A DNA stretch of 64,000 nt from Acidimicrobiia bacterium (GCA_035646535.1 DASRPD010000051.1:12189-76188), one strand, 5' to 3'; shown: positions 8,526-18,202, counted from the first letter of the stretch. A program made the numbers and translations. The notes: generated by a model not told the origin, from the letters alone.

Positions 8526-10037
8526 ATGCCGCGACCACCTGCCGAGCCGACGGTGCTCGCGGCCCCCGCCGCGTACGCGTGGCCCCAGTCGGTCCTGCCG
8601 GGCGAGACAGTGGGCATCCACGCGGCCGGTCCCCCGGTTCCCGCCCGCGTCACCGTCGCGCGCATCGGCGCGCACCGAGAGGTCGTCTGGACCGGCGAGC
8701 TCACTCTCGAACCGCATCTCGTACCCACCGACGCCGCCGCTCGCGGCTGTCGGTGGCCGGCCGCGGTCGAGGTCCCGATCGGTCGCGAGTGGACCAGCGG
8801 CTACTACGAGATCGCCGTCATCACCGACGCGGGCCGGATGGCCCACGAGGCGCTGGCCTTCTTCGTCGTGCGCGCCGCGACCGAGGATCCGACACGACCG
8901 CTGCTCGTGCTGGATACGAACACCTGGAACGCGTACAACGACTTCGGCGGCCGCAACCTCTATGAGGGTGGAACTCATGTCTCGTTCGCCCGCCCGCTCG
9001 CCAACGGTCTGCTGCGCAAGCCCGCCGGACCGGGCAGTCGCGTCACGGTGCTCGATCCGCCCGACCCGCGCATGCGCGATCACGTCAACTATCTCCGCAC
9101 CCACCAGTTCACACCGTGGGCCGGCTCCGCGGGCTGGCCCAACTACGAGCTCGGCTTCGTGCGCTGGGCCGAGACCGCGGGCCGCGACCTCGACTACGCG
9201 ATCAACGCGGACCTCGAAGACCCAGCGCTCCTCGAGGACCGGCGCGCCTACCTCTCGGTCGGCCACGACGAGTACTGGTCGGCGCCCATGCGCGACACGG
9301 TGGAGTCCTTCACCCGCGCCGGCGGCAACGCACTGTTCCTGTCGGGGAACACGAGCTTCTGGCAGGTACGCATCGAAGACGGCGGCGAGACGATGGTCGG
9401 CTACAAGGACCGCTTCGAACGCGACCCGGTCTACGGAACCGCTGACCAACACCTCCTCACCTCGATGTGGTCGGATCAGCTCGTCGGCCGGCCCGAGAAC
9501 ACGATGACCGGCGTGAGCTTCGTGCGCGGCGGCTACCACCGCATTGGGCGCACCGTCGCGTCCGGCGCCGGCGGCTACACCGTGTACCGGCCCGACCACT
9601 GGGTCTTCGACGGCACGGGTGTGACCTACGGCGACCTCATCGGCGCGCGCTCGACGATCGTCGGCTACGAGTGCGACGGGTGCGACTTCGTGATGCGCAA
9701 CGGCGTGCCGACACCGACTGGTTCGGACGGGACGCCGAGCGACTTCGCGATCCTCGGCATCGCACCCGCTGAGCACTTCGACCGCGACAACGCTCCCCGC
9801 CCGCCGCGCCCGCAGGATCCGTCGGAGGTCGAGTTCATCGCCGGCCGCGCGCTCGGCGACGCGGGACCCGATGGAGTCGCCGCACTCCGCCACGGCCACT
9901 CGGTGATGGGTGTGCACGAGCCGGGCGGCTTCGTGTTCACCTCGGGCAGCACCGATTGGGCGTGGGGACTGAGCGGCAACGATCCCGTGATCGAACAGAT
10001 CACCCACAACCTGCTCGACCGCGCCCTCACCCCCTGA
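8526..10037 (+). CDS. N,N-dimethylformamidase beta(large)-subunit family protein
   Basis: ORF 8526..10037. Family-typical blocks: LLVLDTNTWNAYNDFGG, AYLSVGHDEYWSAPMRD, GGNALFLSGNTSFWQVR, IVGYECDG, STDWAWGL. Confidence 0.7.
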   Translation: MPRPPAEPTVLAAPAAYAWPQSVLPGETVGIHAAGPPVPARVTVARIGAHREVVWTGELTLEPHLVPTDAAARGCRWPAAVEVPIGREWTSGYYEIAVITDAGRMAHEALAFFVVRAATEDPTRPLLVLDTNTWNAYNDFGGRNLYEGGTHVSFARPLANGLLRKPAGPGSRVTVLDPPDPRMRDHVNYLRTHQFTPWAGSAGWPNYELGFVRWAETAGRDLDYAINADLEDPALLEDRRAYLSVGHDEYWSAPMRDTVESFTRAGGNALFLSGNTSFWQVRIEDGGETMVGYKDRFERDPVYGTADQHLLTSMWSDQLVGRPENTMTGVSFVRGGYHRIGRTVASGAGGYTVYRPDHWVFDGTGVTYGDLIGARSTIVGYECDGCDFVMRNGVPTPTGSDGTPSDFAILGIAPAEHFDRDNAPRPPRPQDPSEVEFIAGRALGDAGPDGVAALRHGHSVMGVHEPGGFVFTSGSTDWAWGLSGNDPVIEQITHNLLDRALTP

Positions 10038-10044
10038 GCCGCGG

Positions 10045-10209
10045 TCAGGGTGCGTCGCACGGCGCGAAGGCCTCGATCGCCGAGCTGATGAGCCGAGCGC
10101 TGAGCGCGGTGAGGTCGTCGTCGCTCGATGGTCGGGCGAGCGCGCCGAACGTTCCGAGCGAGGCGAGGCCGTGGCCGGTGCGAACACCGTGGACGGCGGC
10201 TACTGGTCG
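10045..10209 (-). pseudogene. Possible orphan C-terminal gene remnant (unknown family)
   Basis: 54-codon open frame with no ATG/GTG start, wedged between two convergent gene ends: ...VAAVHGVRTGHGLASLGTFGALARPSSDDDLTALSARLISSAIEAFAPCDAP*. About 45 of 51 third codon positions are G/C, which is coding-like for this genome. Confidence 0.3.
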
Positions 10210-12407
10210 TCAGGGATGAACGCGTAGGTGCCGAAGCACATCTCGTCTTCGGTGCCCTCGGCGAACACGATGTACTTCGGCGCCCGGTTCGGCTCGATCG
10301 ACCGGTCCCAGCTGCACTGCATGCGGATGACCTGACCCTTCTCCACGTGCAGCGGCTCTTCGAGCCCGTAGTTCATCTGCCAGTCGAAGTTCCACGTCGG
10401 GATGTCCAACAGGATCTGCTCCTGCGGCGTGTCCGGATCGAGGGTCATGCGGAAGTCCTTGCCGAGCGTGTGCATGTGCCCGAGCGCGGCGACGATGAGG
10501 CCGTCCTCACCGACCCGGTAGTCACACGTCGACGACGCGACACCGTCTTGGAACGTGGCCGCCAGCTCGTCGTGGGTCTTGCCGCACAGCGCGAGCAGGC
10601 CGGGTTCGATGAAGGCCCCGCTCTGGCCGTAGAGCCGGACGTTGTCGGCCATGGCGGCATCACGATCGCACAGCGGCGCGTTCTCCCCCGGCATGCAGGG
10701 GATCTCGACCGGCGCGATCGGGTTCACGACGAACATCTGCTTCACGTCGGCCGACCCGGGCTCGATCTGCAGGGCCACCGTGGACCGGTCGCCTTGCGGC
10801 TCCTTGTCGTAGTGGTAATGGATCTGGAGGACGAGCGCATCTCCGGGCTCGAGGGAGATGCCGGCGCCCTCCGGGTACACGACCGGGTCCTGACCGGGAA
10901 CCCAACCGGCGACGAGGCCCGCCTGGCCGGTGAAGCCCTTCACGCTGCGACGCGGCGGCGCGGCTGTCTCGGCGCCATCGGGAGTCCGCCCCGACCGGGG
11001 GCCCTGGCCGATGAACGCGCCGCCGTAACACGTCCACCCCGGCTTGCCGTCTTCGCCGGAGCGCTCACGCCCCGTCTCGGCTTGCGCGGCGTCGATGTGG
11101 AAGATCTGCGCGTGGTGAATCTCTTCCCGGTTCCCCGGCGTCACCTCGTAGCCGGTCATCCACGTCGGCTCGGTGATCTTGGGGTCCAGCACGAAACACC
11201 GGTAGTCGTTGTCGACGCTCAACGACCCGGCGTAGGTCTCTTCCATCGTGAGGACAACGTCTCGTCTCGGCCCCTTGCCCACGGGACCGGCGGTCGCCTC
11301 GACCTTCGTCGACGCGTCGATGTCCAGCTCGCCGCCGGCCTTGGCCCAGGCGACGATCGCCTGCTTGTCCTTGGAGCCGAGCTTGCGCGAGTGCTCCAGC
11401 GGGACTCCCTCGTCCGACGCGGGCCACGGCGGCATGTACCCCGCCTCGACGACGGTGCCGAGGCCGTCGGCAACCTTGGCCGCATCGGCGACCGTGTCGA
11501 ACGTCCAGGTCTCGGAACCGACCTCACCGGAGGTGTGGCACGACGCGCAGTTCGCCTCCATGATTGGCAGCACGACCTCCTCGAACGAAGGGCCGTCGCC
11601 GCTGCCGTCGGCAACCTCGGGCGGAGCGATCGTCGTCGGCACCGTGTGCTGTGACGGGTCCAACGCTTCGAGCTCCAGGGTCAACGTCACGTCGTCCGAG
11701 GTGCTGACCAACCCGGCGACGCTGATCGGGCCGATGCCGAGCGTCGACATCGTGACCTCGGTGGTGGCGTGCGCGCTGAGGACACCGTCTTCCACCGAAG
11801 CGGTCACGTCCCAGGTGACCGGTGACGGTGCCTGCTTGACGGTGAGCTCGGTCTCCATCGTGAATTGGTACTCCTGACCCGGCGTGATCGCATCGGGCAT
11901 TCCGGTCAGCTCCGAGACGGTGAGCTGCGCGAGGGGGAACTCGTGCGACTCGAGGTTGTCGGCGCGGATGCGGGCGTCGCGCAGTCGGCTGTCCGAGTGC
12001 AGCTGCTCGACGTTGACGACGATCTGACCCACACGGCTTGCCACGGGATCGTCGGCGTCGACCGCGATGTCGCCCGCGATGCCGTTGGTCGTACCCTCGG
12101 CGCGGTGCGCGCTCTGACCGAACAGCTTCTCGTCGACCGCGTAGGTGAGCGACGAGCGGGTCGGGTCGATGCGGTAGACGGTCTCTCCGGAGCCGGCCAC
12201 GAGCTTGGGCGACGTCGGCACCTCGTAGGCGATGTCGTTGAACTCGACCGACGTGAGCTCTCGGTACTGCGACCACACGAACAGTCCGGCCGCCGCGATG
12301 ACGAGGACGAACGCACCGCTGCTCCACCACAGCCAACGCTTCGGCAGCAGCCGACGCCCGGTCCCGGCAACCTCGGCCGGAACATCAGCAGAGTCGGCGT
12401 GCGTCAT
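10200..12407 (-). CDS. Membrane-anchored multidomain protein: YceI-like domain + CxxCH heme-c motif + type II copper monooxygenase (PHM/DBH-like) domains
   Basis: ORF 10200..12407 (735 aa). TM helix WLWWSSGAFVLVIAAAGLFVW. YceI-like region: RIDPTRSSLTYAV...TLTLELEA. Heme-c motif: VVLPIMEANCASCHTSGE. Copper ligand pattern: NREEIHHAQIFH, LVLQIHYHY, LGHMHTLG, EDEMCFGTY. Confidence 0.8.
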   Translation of the reverse strand: MTHADSADVPAEVAGTGRRLLPKRWLWWSSGAFVLVIAAAGLFVWSQYRELTSVEFNDIAYEVPTSPKLVAGSGETVYRIDPTRSSLTYAVDEKLFGQSAHRAEGTTNGIAGDIAVDADDPVASRVGQIVVNVEQLHSDSRLRDARIRADNLESHEFPLAQLTVSELTGMPDAITPGQEYQFTMETELTVKQAPSPVTWDVTASVEDGVLSAHATTEVTMSTLGIGPISVAGLVSTSDDVTLTLELEALDPSQHTVPTTIAPPEVADGSGDGPSFEEVVLPIMEANCASCHTSGEVGSETWTFDTVADAAKVADGLGTVVEAGYMPPWPASDEGVPLEHSRKLGSKDKQAIVAWAKAGGELDIDASTKVEATAGPVGKGPRRDVVLTMEETYAGSLSVDNDYRCFVLDPKITEPTWMTGYEVTPGNREEIHHAQIFHIDAAQAETGRERSGEDGKPGWTCYGGAFIGQGPRSGRTPDGAETAAPPRRSVKGFTGQAGLVAGWVPGQDPVVYPEGAGISLEPGDALVLQIHYHYDKEPQGDRSTVALQIEPGSADVKQMFVVNPIAPVEIPCMPGENAPLCDRDAAMADNVRLYGQSGAFIEPGLLALCGKTHDELAATFQDGVASSTCDYRVGEDGLIVAALGHMHTLGKDFRMTLDPDTPQEQILLDIPTWNFDWQMNYGLEEPLHVEKGQVIRMQCSWDRSIEPNRAPKYIVFAEGTEDEMCFGTYAFIPDDQ

Positions 12408-12457
12408 GCGGGCGCTCCCGGTCCCCCAGCCCGCCCGAATCAGCGAACAGGCTCATC

Positions 12458-12487
12458 GTGATCGGCCTCGGTACCGCGGCCGATCAC
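12458..12487. terminator. Near-perfect 30-bp palindrome GTGATCGGCCTCGGTACCGCGGCCGATCAC (terminator and/or operator)
   Basis: Read directly. 28 of 30 positions are self-complementary. It lies between the stop of the TolB-like gene (12588) and the start of the copper monooxygenase gene (12407), both on the minus strand. Confidence 0.4.
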
Positions 12488-12587
12488 GCCGAGCGTAACC
12501 AACCGGCGCCCGGCCGTCGAAGCAGCGACACCACCGAGGCCGGGCTCAGGTCCCCGAGAACGGAATCGGTTCGGACCGGGTCCGCGC

Positions 12588-13640
12588 CTACTGCACCGTG
12601 ATGCATTTCGGGCATCTCGCGGGCGAGGTCGCGGCCGTCCCCGGGCCCGTTGCGGGGTTGGTGACCACGAGGTCGCGCGAACCGGGGGGCGCGGCCGCGC
12701 TCACCGAGATCGACAGCACGAGGGCGCCGTCCCCATAGGGAATGGCGGAGTCGACGGTGATCCCACCACCACTCGCCGAGGCCGTCGTGACCGGCAGGAA
12801 GCCCTGCCCGGTGACGATGACCGTCGTCGCCGTGCCGCGCGTGAGGACAGCCGGCGACAGCGTCGCGATCTCGGGGATGCTGACCTCACGGATGAACAGC
12901 TGATCGGAGCCTGTCGGGTTGGCACCGCTGAGCGGCGCCGCGCTGGCGAAGACGGCGTAGCGCCCGTCGGCGCTCAGCACCGGCAGCGACGCGCCCGTCG
13001 GTGCGACCGCGCCGAGCTGATCGGTGTCGAGCCACGTCGTCCGTCCCGTCGCGCGATCGAACACGAAGGTGTCCATGGCGCCGTTCGAGTCGCCCGGGAC
13101 GATGTCCGGCGCGGCCGACGCGTACGCGACGAAGCGGCCGTCGGCCGACACCGAGGGCCCCGCGCTGTCGCCGTTGCCCGGCGCGCCGTTCCTCTTGATC
13201 GAGACGAGCCGGGTCGTGTCCGCGGTGCGGTCGCGGATGAAGACCTGGTCGTAGTGGCCGTTGAGCCCGGGAACCATCGCCGCGTCGCCCGACACGAACA
13301 CCACGAAACGGCCGTCGGGCGAGATCGCGGGCTCGCCGCCCTCGCCGTAGGAGCCGTCGGCCCGCACCGACGCGACCGACGTTCGGCCCGTCCGTGTGTC
13401 ACGCACCAACACCGCGTCTTCGGCGCCGGGGACGAGATCGCTCGCCCAGGACTCGAACGCCACCCACCGGCCGTCGGCACTCACTGCCGGGGGCGAGTAG
13501 CTGTTCGGTCCGTTGCTGCTCACGCCGGACGGGGTCACGCTCACCGGGCGAATCCACAGGCAACCGCTCGCCCGCACCGAGATCACGGCGCCCAGCACGA
13601 GGAAGCGAGCGTGCCCTCCGTGGCCGTTCCGAACTCTCAC
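12588..13640 (-). CDS. Secreted TolB-like beta-propeller repeat protein with C-terminal IPT/TIG-like domain
   Basis: ORF 12588..13640. N-terminal hydrophobic signal. Five or more repeats of the PD40/TolB type: SADGRWVAFES, SPDGRFVVFVS, SADGRFVAYAS, SADGRYAVFAS. C-terminal Ig-like stretch: SPAVLTRGTATTVIVTGQGF. Confidence 0.7.
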   Translation of the reverse strand: MRVRNGHGGHARFLVLGAVISVRASGCLWIRPVSVTPSGVSSNGPNSYSPPAVSADGRWVAFESWASDLVPGAEDAVLVRDTRTGRTSVASVRADGSYGEGGEPAISPDGRFVVFVSGDAAMVPGLNGHYDQVFIRDRTADTTRLVSIKRNGAPGNGDSAGPSVSADGRFVAYASAAPDIVPGDSNGAMDTFVFDRATGRTTWLDTDQLGAVAPTGASLPVLSADGRYAVFASAAPLSGANPTGSDQLFIREVSIPEIATLSPAVLTRGTATTVIVTGQGFLPVTTASASGGGITVDSAIPYGDGALVLSISVSAAAPPGSRDLVVTNPATGPGTAATSPARCPKCITVQ

Positions 13641-13716
13641 CGCGCTCCCTCAGTGCCGTACGCCACGCGGAGCATCGCGCAGGCGGCGTGCGCCTGCAAC
13701 GGCGGCAACCCCCTGA

Positions 13717-13749
13717 CCATGCCCGGTTCAACTCCGAACCAGGTCATGG
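13717..13749. terminator. Imperfect hairpin downstream of menE
   Basis: CCATGCCCGGTTC-aactcc-GAACCAGGTCATGG gives about 13 bp of stem with one mismatch and one bulge, 20 nt past the menE stop on the minus strand. No U-tract. Confidence 0.3.
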
Positions 13750-13769
13750 CCACCGTTCGACGCGAGGCG

Positions 13770-14801
13770 TCACCGAGCTCGCGCATCACGCAGAAGCCGT
13801 CGGAGCGGCTTGCCACCAGGGGTCCGGGGCACCGCACCGACGAGCCGGACCTCGCGCGGCAGCTCGGCGGCAGCGAGGCGATCGCGGCCGAAGGCGCGCA
13901 GCTCGGCGAGGGTCGGCGCTGCCTTCGGTGGCGCGGGCACCACCCACGCGACCACCCGCTCGCCCCACTCGGGATCGGACGCACCGACCACGCACACGTC
14001 GGCGACGCCGGGATGCTCGGCGAGCACCCGCTCCACTGCCACCGGGCTGACGTTCACGCCGCCGGTGATCACGAGATCCTTGATGCGGTCGACGACACGA
14101 ACTCGGCCTGCGTTGTCGAGGGAGCCGACGTCACCGGTGCGCAGCCAGCCGTCGTCGGTGAACGCGGCGCGGGTCGCGGGGGCGTCATCCACGTAGCGAC
14201 GCATCAGCACCGGTCCGCGAACGAGGATCTCGTGGGAGACGTCGTCGAGGCGGATCTCGACACCGGGGAGCCCAACACCGTCGTGGACGCACCCGCCGAA
14301 CGTCTCGGTGAGCCCGTAGGTGGTGTGCACGACGACGCCCGCGTTGCGTGCCCGGACGAGCAGGTCCGGGGGCACCGGTCCGCCGCCGAGCAGCACGGCT
14401 CGGAACCGCTCGAGCGGCGCGTGCGCGTCCAGGAGGCGACCGAGCTGGGTCGCGACGAGCGAGACGAGCGTGCACGTACCTGCCGCCGCGGCCACCGCAG
14501 CGACATCGAAGCGCTCGTGGACGACGACCGGCGTCTCGCTGATCGCCCCGCGCAGCAAGATCGCCCGCCCGGCAACGTGGCGCAGCGGGAGGCACGCGAG
14601 CCAGCGGTCCCGGTCGGGGTCCACCGCCAAGGCGGCCGACACTGCCCGACATGACGCCTCGACCGAGGCGGGCGCGTGCTCGATCAGGCGCGGATCGCCC
14701 ATGGTTCCCGACGTCGGGACAAACACCGGTCGGCCGGCTTCCCAGGCCGACCGGATCTGGTCGGCCGTGCACGCCGCGTCCGAATCGTCGTACACCCCCA
14801 T
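13770..14801 (-). CDS. menE: o-Succinylbenzoate-CoA ligase
   Basis: ORF 13770..14801. Short actinobacterial-type adenylate-forming enzyme: [35 protein letters not shown]. Sits in the men gene context. Confidence 0.8.
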   Translation of the reverse strand: MGVYDDSDAACTADQIRSAWEAGRPVFVPTSGTMGDPRLIEHAPASVEASCRAVSAALAVDPDRDRWLACLPLRHVAGRAILLRGAISETPVVVHERFDVAAVAAAAGTCTLVSLVATQLGRLLDAHAPLERFRAVLLGGGPVPPDLLVRARNAGVVVHTTYGLTETFGGCVHDGVGLPGVEIRLDDVSHEILVRGPVLMRRYVDDAPATRAAFTDDGWLRTGDVGSLDNAGRVRVVDRIKDLVITGGVNVSPVAVERVLAEHPGVADVCVVGASDPEWGERVVAWVVPAPPKAAPTLAELRAFGRDRLAAAELPREVRLVGAVPRTPGGKPLRRLLRDARAR

Positions 14802-14899
14802 TGCTCGCTACCGTAACCGTAGGAGCGGTTGCTCCCACGATCGAAGCCCACTCTCCCCGACGCTCCCGTGACCCGACCCGCAACGAGAGGCGAGCACGC

Positions 14900-15742
14900 A
14901 TGCCCGAGCCCGTGATCCGCGTCGGCGCCGACTGGTCGGTCATCGATGCCGGCTACGTCGACATCCGCTCCGAACGCGCCGATGGCATCGCCAAGATCAC
15001 CATCTGTCGGCCCGAGGTTCGCAACGCGTTCCGACCCCAGACCCTCTTCGAGCTCCAGCACGCGTTCGAGCAGGCACGCAACGACACCGACGTCGGCGTG
15101 ATCGTGCTCGCCGGTGAGGGACCGGACGCGTTCTGCTCCGGCGGCGACCAGCGCACCCGAGGCGACGACGGCTACGTGGGCGACGACGGCGTCGGCCGCC
15201 TCAACGTCTTGGACCTCCAGGTTCAGATCCGGCGGCTTCCCAAACCCGTCGTGGCGATGGTCGCGGGGTACGCGATCGGCGGTGGCCACGTGCTCCACGT
15301 CGTGTGCGACCTGACGATCGCGGCCGACAACGCACGCTTCGGTCAGACCGGGCCGAAGGTCGGGTCGTTCGACGGCGGCTACGGATCCGGGCTGTTGGCG
15401 CGATCGGTCGGCCAGAAGAAGGCGCGCGAGATCTGGTTCCTCTGCCGCCAGTACGACGCCCGCCAGGCGCTCGACATGGGGCTGGTCAACACCGTGGTGC
15501 CCCTGGCGGAACTCGAGGTGGAGACCGTGGCGTGGTGCCGGGAGATGCTCGGTTTCAGCCCGCTGGCACTGCGGATGCTCAAGGCGTCGCTCAACGCGGC
15601 CGACGACGGGCTCGCCGGCATTCAACAGCTCGCGGGCGACGCGACACTCCTCTATTACATGAGCGAGGAAGCCCAGGAAGGCAAGCGCGCCTACCTCGAG
15701 AAGCGACGACCCGATTTCGACCAGTACCCCAAGCGTCCGTGA
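14900..15742 (+). CDS. menB: 1,4-Dihydroxy-2-naphthoyl-CoA synthase
   Basis: In frame with ORF 14651..15742; start ATG 14900 (MPEPVIRV...). Crotonase fold with MenB blocks: [66 protein letters not shown]. Confidence 0.92.
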   Translation: MPEPVIRVGADWSVIDAGYVDIRSERADGIAKITICRPEVRNAFRPQTLFELQHAFEQARNDTDVGVIVLAGEGPDAFCSGGDQRTRGDDGYVGDDGVGRLNVLDLQVQIRRLPKPVVAMVAGYAIGGGHVLHVVCDLTIAADNARFGQTGPKVGSFDGGYGSGLLARSVGQKKAREIWFLCRQYDARQALDMGLVNTVVPLAELEVETVAWCREMLGFSPLALRMLKASLNAADDGLAGIQQLAGDATLLYYMSEEAQEGKRAYLEKRRPDFDQYPKRP

Positions 15743-16611
15743 CGACCGCCTCCCAGTGGGTGCAGGGTGCACGCCCGGCCACGCTCGGTGCGGCGATCGC
15801 GCCGGTGCTCGTGGGCACCGCAGCGGGTGCGCTCGCCTCGGGGGATCTGATCTGGTGGCGGGCCGTCGCCGCGCTGATCGTCGCGCTCGCCTTGCAGGTC
15901 GGGGTGAACTACGCGAACGACTACGCGGACGGCGTGAAGGGCACCGACCGCGACCGCCGCGGACCTCTACGGCTGACCGCGACCGGCACCGCGCAGCCGA
16001 ATGCGGTCAAGCGTGCCGCCTTCGCCAGCTTCGGGATCGCCGCGCTCGTCGGCGCCGTGCTGTCGATCGTGGTGAACCCGTGGTTGTTGGCTCTCGGCGT
16101 CGCCGCGATCGCCGCCGGGTGGTTCTACTCGGGCGGCTCCCGGCCGTACGGCTACTCGGGCTGGGGCGAGGTCGCCGTGCTCGTGTTCTTCGGGTTCGGC
16201 GCGTGCGCCGGCTCCGCGTACGTGCAGGTGCTCACCGTCCCGGCGGCGGCGTGGTGGGGTTCGCTCGTCGTCGGCCTGCCGGCGTGCGCGGTGTTGCTGG
16301 CCAACAACATCCGAGACGTGGAAACCGACCGCGCCGCCGGCAAGCGAACGCTCGCGGTTCGCATCGGGCCGGGGGCGGCCCGGCGCGTGTTCGTGGCGTG
16401 CGTCATCACGGCATTCGCCGCCGTCGTACCTATCGCTCTCGGCCATCCCATCACCGTTGTCGCGGGACTCGCGATCCCCTTCGCGATTCGTCCGGTGTCG
16501 CTCGTGCTGACCCGCCACGACCCGCCGTCACTGGTCATCGCGCTCCTCGACACGGTCCGACTCGAGCTGGTCCTCGGCGCGTTCCTGGCCGCCGGCCTCG
16601 CGCTCTCGTGA
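15739..16611 (+). CDS. menA: 1,4-Dihydroxy-2-naphthoate polyprenyltransferase
   Basis: GTG 15739 overlaps the menB stop (GTGA). UbiA-family motif [14 protein letters not shown], about 8 TM helices, and second D-rich motif NNIRDVETD. Confidence 0.88.
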   Translation: MTTASQWVQGARPATLGAAIAPVLVGTAAGALASGDLIWWRAVAALIVALALQVGVNYANDYADGVKGTDRDRRGPLRLTATGTAQPNAVKRAAFASFGIAALVGAVLSIVVNPWLLALGVAAIAAGWFYSGGSRPYGYSGWGEVAVLVFFGFGACAGSAYVQVLTVPAAAWWGSLVVGLPACAVLLANNIRDVETDRAAGKRTLAVRIGPGAARRVFVACVITAFAAVVPIALGHPITVVAGLAIPFAIRPVSLVLTRHDPPSLVIALLDTVRLELVLGAFLAAGLALS

Positions 16612-17471
16612 GGGAGCACCGCCTCCAGATCGGTCCCCGCGCCGTCGTCCTCGTCGAAGGGCCGGCCGGCTGGGGTGAGTGCTCGCCCATCCCGGGATAC
16701 CCGTGCGATCGGACTCAGGCCCGACGCGCCGCCGTGGAGGCGGCCACCGAGGGCTTCCCTCCGGCTCGCCGGCCCGAAGTCGCAGTGAACGCTCTGGTCG
16801 ACGCGACCGACGAGATCGGCGCCCCCCTCGCCGAGCGGCTCGCGCCGTACGGCTGCGTCAAGATCAAGGTCGGGCGCGCGGCACCCGACGAAGACGTCGC
16901 GCGGGTCGGCGCGGTGCGTGACCTCGTCGGACCGCACGTGGCGCTGCGGATCGATGCCAACGGTGCGTGGGACGTCGACACCGCGCTCGACACGCTGGCG
17001 CGACTGGCGCGCCTCGGCGTCGTTCTTGCCGAGCAACCGGTGGCCTCGCTCGCCGACCTGGCCCGGGTGCGCCGCTCCAGCGCCGTCCCGGTCGCGGCGG
17101 ACGAGTGCGTCCGTTCGATCGATGACGCCCGGGAGCTGCGCCGCTCGGCGGCGGCCGACGCGATCGTGTTGAAGGTCCAGCCCCTCGGCGGCGTGCGCGC
17201 CGCGCTCGCGATCGCCGAGGCGGCGGCGGTCCCCGCGATCGTGTCGTCCCTCCTCGAGACGTCGATCGGCCTGGCCGCGGGGGTCGCGCTCGCGGCCACG
17301 CTCGAGCCCGCACCACTGGCCTGCGGACTCGCGACACTGGACCGGATCGAGGGCGATGTCGTCCGTCAACCGCTGACGCCGCGTGGGAACGTCATCGCCG
17401 TACCGGACCGTTACCCCGTGCCCGACCCGGCCCTGCTCGCGCGCTACGCCTCGCCGGCGTCGCTGTCATGA
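16608..17471 (+). CDS. menC: o-Succinylbenzoate synthase (enolase superfamily)
   Basis: GTG 16608 overlaps the menA stop (GTGA). Blocks: GWGECSPIPGY, VKIKVG, LRIDANGAW, LAEQPV, DECV, VLKVQPLGG. The start is uncertain and the N-terminal capping region looks short. Confidence 0.75.
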   Translation: MREHRLQIGPRAVVLVEGPAGWGECSPIPGYPCDRTQARRAAVEAATEGFPPARRPEVAVNALVDATDEIGAPLAERLAPYGCVKIKVGRAAPDEDVARVGAVRDLVGPHVALRIDANGAWDVDTALDTLARLARLGVVLAEQPVASLADLARVRRSSAVPVAADECVRSIDDARELRRSAAADAIVLKVQPLGGVRAALAIAEAAAVPAIVSSLLETSIGLAAGVALAATLEPAPLACGLATLDRIEGDVVRQPLTPRGNVIAVPDRYPVPDPALLARYASPASLS

Positions 17472-18202
17472 TGGGAGAATCGGGCAATCTCGCGCGCGAG
17501 CGCGTCGGGTGCCTCCAGCGGGAGCGCGTGACCACCGGCCAGCCGAACCGCCTCGGCCCCGCGGACGCGGCGCGCGATCTCGTCGCCAATGGCGCAGTAA
17601 CGCTCGTCCCGCTCCCCCGACACGACGAGCACCGGAACGTCCAGCGCGGCCAGGCGGTTCCACAACGGCTCCATCACCCCTTGGCCGAGAGAACGCATCT
17701 GATGGGCCAGGCGCGCCGGTGTCGCCCAGGTGGCGCGTGCGTCGAGCTTGGACCGCTCGGGCGGCAACGTCGCGAAGAGCGGCTGCGCGAGCCACCGGGT
17801 GAGGAAGTCCTCGACACCACTCCGGGTCACGTCCTCCGCGAGACGCTCGTCCGATGCGGCCCTGGCGGCGCGCTCGCGGATGTCGGCGATCCCGGGCGTC
17901 GCGCTCACCAGGACGAGACCCTCGACCAGGTCGGGGCGATCGAGCGCCAGGCGCAGCGCGAGACGCCCGCCCATGGAGTAGCCGATGTAGACGCCCGGAC
18001 CACCCACCGCGCCGAGGGCCTGGGCCGTGTCGGCGAAGTCCGCCCCGTCGGGCACGTCGAGCGCGACCGCGTCCAGGCCGACGACGAGCGGCTCGAGCGC
18101 CGCGAGCACGTCGTCCCACACGTCGGGCGGCTGCGAGAAGCCGGGAACGAACACCATCCGCACGGGACCATGTTCGCGTGACTCGCGACGCGACGACATC
18201 AT
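17444..18202 (-). CDS. menH: 2-Succinyl-6-hydroxy-2,4-cyclohexadiene-1-carboxylate synthase (alpha/beta hydrolase)
   Basis: Distal part of ORF 17444..18526. Blocks: MVFVPGFSQ, nucleophile elbow GYSMGG, VSGERD, GGHALP. Sits in the men context. The start could be ATG 18202 or the internal ATG 18157. Confidence 0.7.
   Translation of the reverse strand: MMSSRRESREHGPVRMVFVPGFSQPPDVWDDVLAALEPLVVGLDAVALDVPDGADFADTAQALGAVGGPGVYIGYSMGGRLALRLALDRPDLVEGLVLVSATPGIADIRERAARAASDERLAEDVTRSGVEDFLTRWLAQPLFATLPPERSKLDARATWATPARLAHQMRSLGQGVMEPLWNRLAALDVPVLVVSGERDERYCAIGDEIARRVRGAEAVRLAGGHALPLEAPDALAREIARFSHHDSDAGEA

Noticed and set aside
7599-10187. 862-aa minus-strand ORF, with similar long antisense ORFs at 38213..39886, 61690..63045, 10128..11654, 34782..35894, 40968..42098 and 58099..59163
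   Set aside because: Their composition (R/G/A/D/H-rich, no recognisable motifs) is typical of stop-poor antisense frames in ~70% GC DNA. Each lies opposite a gene with clear family motifs.
18157-18202. 25-nt overlap of the divergent menH and menD starts
   Set aside because: It is most likely a start-codon choice issue. menH has an in-frame ATG at 18157 (…VRMVFVPG) that removes the overlap, so I did not treat it as biology. The same applies to the CATG shared by the divergent starts at 57814-57817, where the membrane-protein start is uncertain.
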